A DNA stretch of 64,000 bases from Chara braunii (GCA_003427395.1 BFEA01000007.1:5115588-5179587), one strand, 5' to 3'. Positions 47,596-60,654 are shown, counted from the stretch's first letter. The notes: generated from the letters alone by a model not told the origin. A program made the numbers and translations.

Positions 47596-50500
47596 GGTTG
47601 ACCCAGTCAAACAAGCAATACTGCCTTCCTCCCATCCTTCCCCCAGATGCAATCCCACAATCTGCTTTCAGTCAAACAATAATACTAAAACTGATATTGC
47701 GCATACATTCCTTTACTTAGTCTGAATCATGTCCTGAAGTCAAACTGAAAGTCCAAGTAGGGATACAAACAGTATACTCAGTCAAACTGTAACAAGAAAT
47801 ACAGAAAAGGGTTATAATTGGGTTTATAGAGGGAAAGCAAATGATTACCTCTCAGTTCCCTGCCTCCAGAACTCCCGAGTTCTGGTAGAGCTCGCACAAT
47901 CGGTGGGTTGACTCCTCATAGAGTCTTGCTGCGGTCCTACGGGTTGCAATACCGCCTGACGCCTTCCTCTCGTAACAAGACTAGACTTAGATTAAGAAGG
48001 GCATAAGCAGGGGTTTGTGGCTCTCGAGATACAAGAGAGGGACTGACTCAAGTCCCAGGAGAGGGCTTTGTGATCTTCACGCGCCTGAGGGCCCTGCAAT
48101 AATGGTCGAACAACAACAAATTGGTCAACTGGAGTCAAACTGTCGAAGTAAAACCTCTGTCAACCTCCTCGTCTGCAGCAATGCCCCCCCTTCAACAACT
48201 CAACCCCTCCGCTGATGTAGCTGTCCGTTAAACAGGTAAGTCTTTGAACTCACCGCTGGCCTTACCCCAACAGTTAATGAACGAGCCGCATATCGATCAA
48301 TACGAATGTTCCAACCTCTCGACTCTTGTTCGCTGTTTTCAACAGCCGTCTGCCTGCGCAGTCCGTCAGCAGCTCTGCTCAATGCGGCAACAGATTGGCA
48401 TTGTGATCTTGCCGACCAGGCAGCAGGGAGGTCACACGCAGACAAAGGTTACGTAGTCCTCACTATGCTTTGGTCAGTGCGCCTTTCCGGTTGGGTTCCC
48501 GCCACCTCACTCAACACGATGAGTCGTGCATTGGCCTGCTTGCAGCCTCGCTGCTCCGCTCACGCGACTTCCTCGATAGGATGAGTAACGCACCAGTCCT
48601 ATAGGTGATTCTCCAAATCTCGCTTCCAGATCCGCGCTCCCTTGATGAGCCTTACGCAGGCCAGGGGGTGAACTTCCTATCCCGCAACTCCCTCCACGTT
48701 AGGAAGGACGCGCCCGCAACATCGATCAGGAGGATTGCTACTAGGGAGTTGAGGTCGGCAAATGTTCAATCATGGCGCTTATAGGATAAGCGGCATCACT
48801 CCAATAATATCAAAGACAAACAACAACCGTTCCTGAGAACTTCGTGAAGACGATCAGGGTATGCCGCACAATCCTGTTAGCGGCACCCGTGATTCCGACC
48901 AAAAAGCCTGCACGGACGAGACGACTGCATAGGCTGAACCGGTTGGAGGAACAGAGGTGAGAACTAGAGAAGAAGATGGCAATCGATGAACCCACTATCA
49001 TGAGGGCGGACTCGCCCAACGATGGCGATCACGGGCTCGGGAATGGTGACGCGAGCTCGGCTCACCACTCACTAGCACGCAATACGATCATGAACCTTCT
49101 ACTAGAACCTCAACACATGCGCCGCCTCGGAGGTGTGCTATTGCTCAGGAAAGGTCGCGCAGCCTATTTACCTCATTACTACCTATTCACTAACATACTA
49201 GTTGAACTAACGCTATCTTTAGGTTCGCACCACCTAGAAACCTCTGACTAAAACTTTACTCCACCTGATTCTACGAAGAATCAAGGGAAATACTCATTTC
49301 GCACTCCCACCATAACCACTCTCACAACTCCTCCACGCACGTCCTAATCCTCCTACCTCCTTCTCTGCTTCCTCTCCGTTCAATCTAACTTCAGTTTCGT
49401 GTTCACCCTTCCTCAAAACCCCAGCTTCAAGCTCTCCCCCAACGGTTTTCACCACGAAACAGGTAAGTTCTGCTATCTTCCCTCCTCGTTCTTCCTTCTC
49501 TTCGACTCCATCGCGCACCTTTATTTCCCTTCTATTCTAAAACTAACCTTTGAACTCCAAATCTGACTGCAGATCTGGGTGCGCCCGACCCAAAGACCCC
49601 AAGTAAGAGTCCTCCACTGCCCAACTTCGTTAAGAAACGAGCTCCCCGTAGCTTCCTACTCCGCCATGGCTTCCTACTCCACGACTATCTCCTTTCCCTC
49701 CCTTCGGTCGTCCCTGGCATGTTTCCGTGTCCAGGTTCATCCTCTTGTTACCGCTCTCACCGCTTCACCTCCGGTCCTGTTACATTCACATTGCGCTATT
49801 CTTCACTCCTCTAGCTCTCCTACGTTCACTTTACTCCTCCCGTTCCCACGACTCTGCATGCTTCTTGGCAGCCCTCCACTCGTAGTGCACGCTCAATGAC
49901 TTCCATGAATACAGCTCGTCAGCCCGAGTCGGTCTGACGGGCGCTCTTGGCGGAGTCAGCTCCTATACGACCTGATTTTGCTCCTCGTCCCTACACCTCG
50001 GTCCCAGCGGGCGACCTGTACATTAGTCCGCGGGTGGGTCTTCAACTTCCCATTTTGTGCCACTCCCCCCTAAGGATTCGAAGTGAACCTAGTCCCCGCG
50101 GCCGCTCTCACACCTCTTCTACCAGCAGTATTGGCAGCCCTTCGACTGCATTGGTGAGCCTCTCCCCCACGCTACTCTTATCAATAGAGGTAGCGATTTT
50201 CCAAACGAACTTTCCGTCAAAACAAAGAAATATACAGACGCCTTTCCTACCTCGTACCCAATGAGACAGCGCGTATCTGCTTCTGTTCACCAGCGCACAA
50301 CCCACAGGCAAGTATTCCAATCTCACGGCCTCTCTCATGCCAGATAGGTAGGTCTCAGGCCCTGCTGCTGTCCTTAGAGAACCTGGTCATCCTGAGGGGA
50401 GCTTCGGATGGAATCGGCCCAGGTCCATCGGCTAGTCCTTTATCCCTATTACCGCAGACCTCAAGCGGTGATCGGTAAATCCTCGGTGGGTCCTCCCACT

Positions 50501-51021
50501 CAGTTTTGTACGTAAGTTGGCCCTCAGGTTTGCCCTTTCGTATCTTATAAGAGCACCAACCGAGCCGGCTGAGAAGGAGGGTCGTAGCCCCTCCTTAATT
50601 CCGCCAACGTCGCCCCGAGGCCCCCTACATCGTCGCCGCTGACCTCGATCCCTAAATTTCTTCAATGAAAATTTGGCGCTGTAACCGCTAGTGCCAGGCC
50701 CAAGTCTTGGTCTAACTCTGACGGACACCTAAAATAAACCAGTACTGCGCGACGCGCAGACCTACCAAAAATGATCCCAAAATCAAATGGTTGTCGATGC
50801 CGTCCTTCGCATGCATGCATAAGTCACAAATAAACACACCAATCAAGTGACAGAGTCCGTTTAATCCTAACTTAATTTAAAAAATAAAACTCAGGTCTGC
50901 GACTACGCCGACTTTCACAATCATTAAAAAAAAAAGAATAAAGATCACGTGCGCCTCAAATCTGCGCGCCCACACACTCTCTACTCTAATCATTCATCCA
51001 GCCAACGTAAACCACAGACGC

Positions 51022-51031
51022 TGGCGCGCTT
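51022..51031 (+). promoter_or_regulatory. Candidate PBS (tRNA-Arg-like, TGGCGCGC)
   Basis: Lies 5 nt after the inferred LTR end. Only the first ~8 nt fit a plant tRNA-Arg 3' end. Confidence 0.45.
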
Positions 51032-51938
51032 CGTGCGGAATACTTAAACTCTAAACCAAACCTATTTTCTGGCGTTTTGCAAAAACTAGGGTCGATACCC
51101 TTGTAAGGGTATTCGCACCGACAGTGATACCCCACAAAGTAAGAAAAGGCAGACAGGCCTCTTACGACCACTATAAAACAGAAAATATTGAAATAGCAAA
51201 GATGGGGAGACTGTAGCAAACCCTAGGGCCCGAAAATCTGAAAAGTTGTGAACAACCGCCCATCCAAGGGGAGTCGGGGCACAGAGAAGGACGTAGACCA
51301 CAAAGATGGGAGACTGTAGCAAATCCTAGGGCCCGAAAATCTGGAGAGCTGTGAAAATTGAAAAAAAAATTCTCTTATGTGCAGGATTAGAAAAGGATGG
51401 CGACGGAGGAGGAAGCAGGGAGCCTGCGAAGCAAGGGGAGTCAGGGCACAAAGAAGGACATAGAGCACAACGAGGGGTCCGAGGGAGCAAACGAGGAACT
51501 CAAGAAACTAGGGGGGATAGGAATAAAGGCAGTCCGACGCCACAAGCATCTGAGGGCGCGCTGTCAAAGAAGGTAAGGCTACCGGACACCCAGAAGAAAC
51601 TAGCCGAGATAGAAAGGAGAACGACGGAGTATAAAGCAAAACTCCTGAAGGAGATGATGACCGGAGGCGAAGGGGACTTCGCCGGAGACAGGCTAAAGGA
51701 AAATCACTAAACAAACCAGGGGCGGGGGAGCCAAAACGATACTATAAAAAGGAGGAAGGATAGCACTGGGGAGCATAGGGGGACGCCAACCAAGAAAGGA
51801 AAGGAGAGAACGGAGTCCCCAGGAAGGGAGGCGGAGAAAGCTACTAACCTGTCGGCCATAGACAGCGGGACAAGCCGACCCGCGGTCTCGCCCATAATCG
51901 CAAGAGGATGCGAAGGGCTTTGGAGCTTAAGAGAAAGG

Positions 51939-53686
51939 GTGTCAGGTTGGTTCGACCCGGAAGGAACGACAAAGCCCGGAGAAGTATCGAGAACCGGTAA
52001 GGAAGAACAAGGCTATGGCACCACCGATGGAACAGGAGGAGCCGAGGGGGGGCTTAAGAAAATGGTCTCTTCCCTCACACGGGCGCTAAATAAAAATCAG
52101 GGATACTTGGCCGATGCCAAGAAGAAGCTGACATTCGAGGGGGCTAATATCACAAAATTATTGATAGACTACGAAAATTTGGCAGCACTACGAAGGTGGA
52201 GCGAGGAAGAAAAGACGGAGCACTTAGGGCAGCATGTGTCGTTGAACCTAGGGAGGGACATAATGGCTATCGTCGCGACCAGCGGATCCTGGAAGGAGGC
52301 GTGGGACGTAATGATGTGGAAATATCTGGCAACCGAGAAAATGGCTACGGAGACAGAGCTGGTTGCGGTGCAAAGAAAAAACTTCGCAACATATAACGAT
52401 TTCCTGAGGGAATTCACCCTCGTAGCGTTGCGGATCCCGGGGGTAACTGATCGCATAATGAGTAAATACTTCCTCAGGCAATTCACTGAGTTCGACAAAG
52501 ATAAGATCCTATCAGCCTACCAGCAGACCACGAAGTTCATGAATACACAGGACGTCGACTTCAGCATCGTGACAGACATCGCTGAGAAGATGGTTGTAAC
52601 CGACTCATTGGCCCCGCTGAAGGAAGGAGAGGTCATAGACTTAACCGGTAAGACAGGCGATAAAGTAAAGCGAGGGATATAGAGTCTACACGAGCATGTC
52701 CATGGGGTAAATGGAAAGATCGAAAGAGTAGAGAACGCGTTGATGGTAATGCAAGCCCAAGTGACGCAAACCCAGGCAGCTCGACCCCCCCTCCCACCAC
52801 AGGAAGCGGTGGCTCCCGCAGGAATAGCTAACCGAGGGGTCAATAGGAGAGATCCGACCAATGAGCAATGCAAGTATTGTACGATGGTCGGACACTCTGT
52901 GCGAGCGTGTCCAAGACTTAAGCATGATATCATGCACAAAAGGTGCTCCACGACATTGCGAGGGGAGATCATAGGCCCCCAAGGAGAGAAAGTGAATTGG
53001 AACTCCCTGAGTGGGATGCGCCGGGCCGTAATCGCACTTAACAACCTCGACGTCGCCACAATAGAGGCCGAGCCCGTGGCGGAGCTCGCCTGGGAACAGG
53101 CGCGAGGACGCGGGCCGCCGACCAACTTTATTTTAGAAAATGACGGGCGAGATAGGGTGAACGTGACCACCAGGTAGCGAACAGCAGAAAGGAACGTCAT
53201 ACAGGACGTCGTCATGGAAGATGCTGGGGATGGCAGGGGATGCCGCAAGAAGCCGAGGCACAGGAACAAGAGAAAGTGTACGGGAAACCTAGAGAAGAGG
53301 CTCCGGTAGACAAAACAGCCTCGACCAAAAAGAAATTCTAGTATCAGATCCCCATTCTAACTATGTCCGAGATCGATGACACCCTTAGCAAACTTCTAGG
53401 GACCATGGTGTCGGTCTCTTTTCAAACCATGTTGCAGGCAAGTCCTAGGCTCCTAAAAGGCCTTAGGCAGTTGCTCACGAGGCGAAGAATAGAGGAAGAA
53501 GAAGGGCCGAAACAGCCGCAGGAAGAGAAGGAAGAGGAGGCGCCACGAGAAGTTGCCAACCTCCAAAGGATCCCCGGGGACCTGGATAAGCTAGAGAAGG
53601 CCTGCCAGACCGTGAAGGTGGCGAGGTTTCATGGGCACCACCAGGGACAAAACTTAGCTTTCACGCACTACCGGTGGGTAAGATGA
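51939..53686 (+). pseudogene. Gypsy gag (several stops)
   Basis: LTFEGANITKLLIDYE capsid-like region. Zinc knuckle CKYCTMVGHSVRAC (CX2CX4HX4C) at 52869-52910. Confidence 0.85.
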
Positions 53687-53720
53687 AAGTCCAGATCGGA
53701 AGCCACCACACCACGGAACG

Positions 53721-53793
53721 GAGGGTGTAGTTCAAGTGGTAGAACGCATGTTTTGCAAGTATGAAGTTATCGGTTCAAGTCCGATCGTCTCCA
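53721..53793 (+). tRNA. trnA: tRNA-Ala(UGC), organellar type, within NUMT (probably non-functional)
   Basis: Cloverleaf with D-arm GTTC/GAAC, anticodon loop TT-TGC-AA, T-arm ATCGG-TTCAAGT-CCGAT. Acceptor stem has a mismatch. Confidence 0.85.
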
Positions 53794-53805
53794 ATTTCCC
53801 CGTGA

Positions 53806-53867
53806 GCCCACGTAGCTCAGGTGGTAGAGCACTCCCTTGGTAAGGGAAAGGCCTCCGGTTCAAGTCC
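53806..53867 (+). tRNA. trnT: tRNA-Thr(GGU), 3'-truncated, within NUMT
   Basis: GCCCACGTAGCTCAGGTGGTAGAGCACTCCCTT-GGT-AAGGGAAAGGCCTCCGGTTCAAGTCC. The 3' acceptor strand is missing. Confidence 0.85.
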
Positions 53868-53911
53868 AAAGTACGAAATTGGAAAGACACAAAATGGTTA
53901 GTGAAGGGCGA

Positions 53912-53929
53912 TTTTGCACCTTCTAACAT
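53912..53929 (-). pseudogene. atp9: First six codons of mitochondrial atp9 (MLEGAK)
   Basis: MLEGAK is the canonical plant mitochondrial Atp9 N-terminus. Very short, so supported mainly by context. Confidence 0.55.
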
Positions 53930-54071
53930 AGCCATCTTTTTTTTGTTTGTATCAAAACAAAGACCATTTATCGTTGATTACCCAAATCACCGATTTTGTC
54001 AAAATCAATGCGGCAGAGGCTCACTTCCTTCGTTCGTGCCTCTGCCAATCCTCAGAAGCGATGATATGATA

Positions 54072-54234
54072 TTATACGCGGCGTTTCTTAGGAGGAAGAC
54101 ATCCGTTATGTGGCGTTGGAGTTGCATCGCTAATCTTGGTTATAATAAGACCTCCTAATTGTAAACCACGTAAGGCCGAAGGCTTTCCATAACCTAAACC
54201 TTTGATTCTCACTTCAACTGACTTAATTCCATAC
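54072..54234 (-). pseudogene. rps11: Mitochondrial ribosomal protein S11, C-terminal fragment
   Basis: [53 protein letters not shown] carries the S11 signature DxTPxPHNGC. Confidence 0.93.
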
Positions 54235-54370
54235 AGGGACCCAAAATGGAAATAACACCTTTGTCTAAAGTTTTCAAAGAAACTTCATACCCAAAATGTA
54301 AAAATGATTTAGCTATGAAATCATTAAAAAATTATAAAATAACCATCGCTTGTTCAAAAAACAATAGCAC
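54235..54370 (-). pseudogene. nad5: Mitochondrial NADH dehydrogenase subunit 5 fragment
   Basis: FLNKRW / [31 protein letters not shown] matches the Nad5 C-terminal region. One frameshift. Confidence 0.88.
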
Positions 54371-55311
54371 TTCGTGCCTAGTGTACTAGTTTGCGCTCGT
54401 AGATGGAGGGGATGAAATAACGCTCATTAGGAAAGGTTTTGCAAAGATTACGGGATGCCAGTAAACAAAGAGACAACGAGAAGCGTCCGTGGCGCAGGCG
54501 GGGAAATTCCCTTCTCCGGATATATTACTAAGTGCGCCGTCAAGGCCGGGGTTAGGGAGTCCATCTGGTCGTTCCAACGGATAACTGTCATGGACGAAAT
54601 GGACCATGACATAATCCTTGGGAGACCTTGGTGTGCGAATGAGGAGATGATCGAAATGCACCTGCATGATGGAACATACATGGTGGACATAGAAGACCCG
54701 GCGACAGTACGTGGTGAACTACTTCGTCTCATCGGGACAAGCGGTGACACGCCAAAGGGGAAATTAGCAACACGGTCACCATCATTCGAAGAAAGTGCCA
54801 GAAAGGGGCCTTTTGCACGAATGGAAGAAATGAGGGAAATGGTAGAAATTATGATTGAGGAGGCATTCAGCAAGAAAGAATGGGTCAAGATGGGGCTACC
54901 ACAGAAAAAGCGGAGATAGGAGGACGATGCCCTAGGAGTAATGGTAGTAGAGAAAGAGACAGAGGTCGAATTAGGGGTCAGCTTGCTGAGGCCAAGGGAG
55001 GTTCGGGATGAGGAGGTCGGGATAACATTGGAAGTCCCGGACCTACTCCACCTCATCAAGGCTATCCGATACCATAAGGTAGGTGTGGACCCAGTCGCTC
55101 TCGCCAAGTTTGAGGGAGAAGTCCGAAAAGGCTACTGCCTGAATGGGAAATTAATCAGTATCCAGCCTCAGATTGCTGAAGCACCTCGGGCAAATCGGGC
55201 TTTCCATTTTTTAGGAGAAAGATCCTGGAAGGAAGCATTCGCAAGTACAAACCAGTAGGGAAGAAGGCCAAGCCTGTCTCAGTCCTGCTAGAAACAACAA
55301 AGGAAGAAGCC

Positions 55312-56991
55312 ATGGAAAGGGAGGAGGAAGTGCTCCGAGTGATTAGAGAAAGAAGGGCAACAGAGGGGCATCGAATACCAAACGAAGTAGTAGAGACCAT
55401 GAAGATAGGGGTGGAGGGATTCCTGACAGAGCATGAGACATGCTTGATCAAAGAAGCATGCCAAGAGTTGCACCTAGCTTTTACCTTCAACGACCATCAC
55501 AAGGGACTATTAGACGCGAAATTGACACCCCCGGTCAAGATCCACACAGTCGAGCACAATTGTTGGAACGACAAGGGGTCCGCCTACGACTTTGGAATAG
55601 CAGGGGAAGTAACAGAACTACTCAGAACAAAAATAGACTCCTTTGTGGCAGAACCCACCGCGTCACCATACGTGAATAGATGGTTTGTGTTCCGGAAGCC
55701 TAACAAATCGCTTAGGTGGATCGAGGATCTGCAAAAATTAAATGTTGTCACCATCCGGGGCGCAGGATCATTGCCTTAAGCTGACCTACTGGCAGAATCT
55801 CACGCCAGACGAAGCATTTACTCATTGGTAGACCTCTATTATGGATACGATCAACTCTCACTGGACGCCCGGGATAGACCCTACACGACTATGCATACCC
55901 CGGTAGGTCAATTACAAATGCAAGTGACTCCTATGGGCTTCACCAATGCTGTGGCGGAAGCACAAAGAAGGATGCTCGCACTCGCGGGAGATATGTTCCC
56001 TGCAAAATGCGAACTGTACATTGACGACAATTCGATCAAAGGCGCACGCGACACAAAAATCCAACCAGGGATACAAAAATTTGTACACCTGCAGGATATC
56101 AAAGAGCTTCTCCGCAGGTTCTTGGAATACAACATCACTGCCAACGGCCCCAAAAACATTCTGCCAGTGCCGGAAGTAACCATCCTAGGATTTCGTTGCG
56201 GGTCGTATGGGAGGAACTCGGATCCGGCCAAGACAAACAAAATCTCTCAATGGCCAACGCCCCTGCGAACCACAACGGAGGTGAGGGCCTTTGTAGGAGT
56301 TGTAGAATTTTGGAGGATTTTCATCAAAGGATTCGCAAAGGTAGCCGAGCCCATTCGGGCCATGATCCGCGAAGAGGGCATGCTCGATTGGACGGAGGAA
56401 CGAGAAGTCGCCGTCCAGACCTTGAAAGACATATTGACATCTGAACAAGTCACTCTTGCTGCTCCATGTTTTAACGATGAAGTAGGACGTCCGTTTGTGC
56501 TTGAGACCGAAAGGGGACCACTAGCCGTGAGAGGAGTTATGATCCAAAGAGGGGAAGATGCAGGGGAACGGTCAATCAGATTTGAGAGTAGGACGCAGAA
56601 CTCCGCCGAGCGTTGCTACTCTCAATTCAAGAAAGAAGTGTTGGTCGTTCTCCACTGCCTCAAGACCTTCCAAGCCTACCTCTTTGGAAGGAGGTTCATC
56701 TTGAGAATAGATCTGACAAACGTCGCAGGAGCTCTAAAGAATTACAAGCCTATAGACCCCACCGTGGGAAGATGGGTGGGGTTCATCTGGCAATTTGACT
56801 ACAAGATCGAGCGCATAGCCGGTCTTAGGAACAGGGCCGACGGCTTGAGCAGGATGTGTATTACACCGGAAGGAGTAGAGAACGCGGAACCTATCGATGC
56901 GTTCCTCAACTACGAGGGAGGGACCCTTGTGGTAGATAATGAAATGATAGAACCCGCTTGCACGTTCGGGGAATTGTCGCTTAAGACTTGA
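55312..56991 (+). pseudogene. Gypsy reverse transcriptase plus RNase H
   Basis: DLQKLN; DLYYGYDQL; TPMGFTNAV; YIDD; ILGF; FWRIFIKGFA; YSQFKKE; NRADGLSR. In-frame stop at 55777. Confidence 0.95.
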
Positions 56992-57390
56992 GAGAAAGGG
57001 TCTCCCGCAGTGGTGGCAGAACTCAGGGAAGGGGCAGTTACAAAAACCGGCCACAAGGAAGAGAAAGACTCGTGGGGTGACATTGTGGGACCTCAGGAAG
57101 AGCTGATGGCAATGGCTGTAGAAGGGGGGCAAGAAGTGGTTATGAGTCTGGTTGAGTCATGGGAACAGAAGCGGCAACACTACTTAGTAAACCAAGTGCA
57201 GAATGGGCAGGAGGATCGCTGGGATCATAAGGAATTCGTCCTTATCCGATCGAATGATGGGATCTTCAAGGAGATCGGTCTATTATTAGTGGGAAACTAG
57301 GAGGCTCAGGAGGTTAGCCTCAAGGCCAGAGAGGAAGCCGATAAGTAAGTACTAAGAAATGGACACCTGTTCAGAAAAGAGGAAGGCCTA

Positions 57391-58556
57391 ATGCCTAGAA
57401 GGGTGGTGTGTGGACAATCAAAGCAAGTTGACATAATTCAGGCGATGCATGATGGGTCGGCAGGAGGACATCGCTCCTCAAAAGGGACCCTGGCCAAAAA
57501 TGCGCCACTTTACTTTTGGTCGGGAATGGGGAGTATGATTGCCACGTACTACCAGACCTGCTTGATCTGTCAAGAGCGGAGTACGACTCGAATCTTGGAA
57601 TCTTTGAGACCCACGCGAGTGCTAGGACCTGGGCACCTGGTCCATCTCGACCTCGTAGTCATGCCTGTATCCACGAAAAGATACAGATACATACTTGACG
57701 CTAGAGATAATCTCAGTGGGTTTGTGGAGGCGGTAACCCTTAAGAAGAAAACTGGACCGACAGCGGCTGATTGGATCGAGGACTTTTATCCGAGGTACCC
57801 ATTTATCAGAAGATTTATAGCTGATAATGAGACATAATTCGTGAATCAAGACGTGTTAAGTACATGCAAGAGACTCGGGGTGCCCATCAAGTTAATTGAG
57901 CCATACCACCCTGAAGCTAATACACTCGTGGAGAGAGGGCACAAAACTTTGAAAAACACGATCACAAAGTTAGCAGCGGATGATCTTGGGAACTGGCCAA
58001 AGAACCTCAAGCAAGCAGTGTTTGCAGAAAATGTGACCCCAAAGAGGACCACTGGGTGTATTCCAGTCGAGTTGTGGTATGGGAGGGAAATTGACTTCCC
58101 TGTAGAATCCCTAGTACAACTTGGAACAGGCTGGATGACGACCCACGCCTGACGGCGGAACAGTTAATTGAGACTAGATTTCGGCAGATCATTCAAAATG
58201 AGGAGGCAATGGAAGAATTCATAAGTCGGGTTCTGGATAGCAGAATGAAGGATAAGGCGAGGTGGGATCAACTGTGGAACATCAGGAAAGAACCACTACA
58301 GGTGAGGGAACTGGTCCTAGTCAGGAATTCCGCGCTAGAAAATACTTGGTCAGGACAACTGGGGAGAAGATTCAAGGGCCCCTACCGGGTCGCCAAGAGA
58401 CTGGGGGTGAACACTTTTGAGTTGAAAGATTTGGATGGGACCAGGGTAAAAGGACCATTTCCAAGACAACGGTTGGTCAGATTCCTAAGTCGGGACCCAG
58501 TGGAACAGTGGTTGCAAGAGGCTCATGACAAGGAAACTGGGAAACAGTCCGGCTAA
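57391..58556 (+). pseudogene. Gypsy integrase (no chromodomain seen)
   Basis: HDGSAGGH...CLIC zinc finger; HLDL; IADNET; PYHPEANTLVERGH; FKGPYRV. One stop and one frameshift. Confidence 0.93.
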
Positions 58557-59001
58557 GACACCAACAAAGTTCTTACCTATGACGTGTCTGTTTTGTGTGG
58601 AGGGGTTTTTGACTATACCTATGGGAGCGGACTGCATGAATTAAGTAATGCGACTGGGGCATTGTACCATAGTTTTTGGTGAGGAATGATACGGGGATGA
58701 ATACCTGGGGCATTGTACCATAGTTTTTTTTGTGAGGGATAGATGGTATCGGGATGATTGTCTGGGGCAACCTATCACGGCTTCGAGAAAAATGCATGAG
58801 ATTTAAGTGAGACACGAAATGATTCATTATATGGATGGGCTGGGCAAAAGGGGTGCATCCTTGGAAATTTAGGCAACTTTGGCATCATGAGGAAATGGGA
58901 CTTGGGATTCTGCTATTACTTGGACAGGGCTCCGCCTTGGGAATGTGGACTGAGCTTCCGTTTTCCTTGTCCTGACAGGCATAGGGAAAACACAAGACAA
59001 G

Positions 59002-60290
59002 ATGAAACTCAATAATGAGAACGATGTCAACCACGCTAACGTGTCTTTTGAAGATGAGTGGCAAAGAACCGAGAGGCCACGAGACAGGCCAATACCGGTA
59101 TTCTTCATTGGGCCACAACCAAGACGGACACTAGGAAGGAGAAAGAGAAAGTTGTTGATCCGCAAACCTTCGCCCCTTAAAGAAGGCGAGAAATTGTAGC
59201 CCTTGTCCGAAGAGGAAAGTGAGGAACAAGGAGCAGGGGAGAGAAGGGAGGAAGAAAGGCAAGGTATGCGTGACAGTGATGAGAGAGGGGGCAGAGAGGG
59301 ACAAAGTACGCATGACAGCATTGAAAGGAGGGACGAAGAGGCAAAGTGTGCAAGGCAATTGCGAAAGAAGAGACGAGGAAAGAGAGAACGTGTGCCACGA
59401 TTCTGAGGGGGGTGAGGAAGATGCCCGAAGAAGGCGGGGCAGTTGTGAGAGGGGGTGTACGGGTTTTGAGGACGAACCCGAGAGAAGGACGTATATCCCA
59501 TACAACTTGAATCCGGAAAACTTTACGGGTGAATTCAGTCTCGTGCAAGAGGAAGAGGATGAGAGTAAGGATGAGGTGCACAAAGTCATTGCCATCAGTA
59601 GTGGCGATGAAACAGATCTCAAGGCCTAGGGCTGAGGGGCACCTTCAACAAGTAGGCCAAGGGAAGGACCCTCCAGGTGGGAAGAAAAATTCGGACCCAC
59701 ACACAGTCATTGGTTCGAGCAATGGATGAGTGTGATTAAGCACGATTGGATTATCAGAACCAGAGAACTAACGAGGGCCGGAGTGGCGGTTACACCTTTG
59801 GACTTTTACAACGAGGAAGAACTGCGAGAGATTGCACAAAGAAAAAGGGAGATCATGGCCGCCGGCCTGGGAGCCGAAGGACCAGCCAGGCGCAACAACG
59901 AACGGGCACCCAAGCGACAAAGGACTGATGACCCGAGGAGGGACTAAAAATGAGGCACAAGCTTGGCAAGAGTTGTCGTTTTTTGCAAGAAGTAGAGAAA
60001 AGATTTGACTAGTATGAATGAGGTTGTTAAGGGCAAGCACGACAGGGACTAGTCAAGATTTTAGCTTAATGGGCAAAAAAACAGTATTCGAGCTACTTTT
60101 TTTGGATGAGCTACCTCAGATGGATTTTGAGAGAAAAACATTGGCAGGGGACATAGGTATGAGACTAGTTGGGATGGGACAATTGCAGGCTTTGGACAAG
60201 ACAGAGATTGTACCTTGGATGAAAATTATGAATATGGATGAATTGAGCACGAAAGAGCATTGAGTGACAGACAAATACAAAAGAGGTTAG
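59002..60290 (+). pseudogene. Disrupted extra ORFs downstream of integrase, unknown function
   Basis: Protein-like segments 59002-59629 (PIPVFFIGPQPRR, acidic/basic), 59726-59947 (DWIIRTRELTRAGVAVTPLDFY) and 60018-60263. Confidence 0.4.
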
Positions 60291-60654
60291 GAAACCTATG
60301 GATAGAGCGGTACGAGGATGCCCTCTCCTATAAGCCTAATCCGACCAAGTCAGAGTCATTTCACAAGGGACAAAGTTGTGAGAGTGAACAAGAGTGAAAA
60401 GGACAGAAGGACCCGCATCTGATCTATGGTTGAACGGTCGGGCGGGCTAGCACTGCCTAAGGTTGAAAAGCCTCTACTTGGGTGCTAGACGCTAAGTCGG
60501 GTGTATGAATGAGGATGTTGGAATTAAGCAAAACTATATTGAGAATAGGAGGAAAGATACAACACGCTGAAAACTGCAAAGATGGTTGTCTTCTAACCCG
60601 CAAAAAAAAATCGGATCCGTGTCCTCAAAGCCCATCCCCTCGAGCGCTAGCATT

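Larger units (their letters stand above)
44263..51016 (+). mobile_element. Giant 5' LTR (~6.75 kb), family 1 copy B
   Basis: Starts TGTCGAGC exactly where homology to copy A begins and ends near ...AACCACA. Followed by a candidate PBS and gag-pol on the same strand. Confidence 0.8.
53717..54392. other. Mosaic nuclear insertion of mitochondrial DNA (NUMT)
   Basis: AT-rich block holding trnA-trnT (plus strand) and atp9 start, rps11 3' end and a nad5 piece (minus strand), bounded by the two halves of the protease. Confidence 0.9.
53683..54919 (+). pseudogene. Gypsy aspartic protease, interrupted by a NUMT
   Basis: MKVQIGSHHTT (53683-53715) resumes at 54393 with ALVDGGDEITLI, followed by DIILGRPW. 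Confidence 0.85.

Noticed and set aside
53721-53867. Functional tRNA genes carried by the retrotransposon as its own primers
   Set aside because: They are organellar type, damaged or truncated, and part of an insert that breaks the protease.
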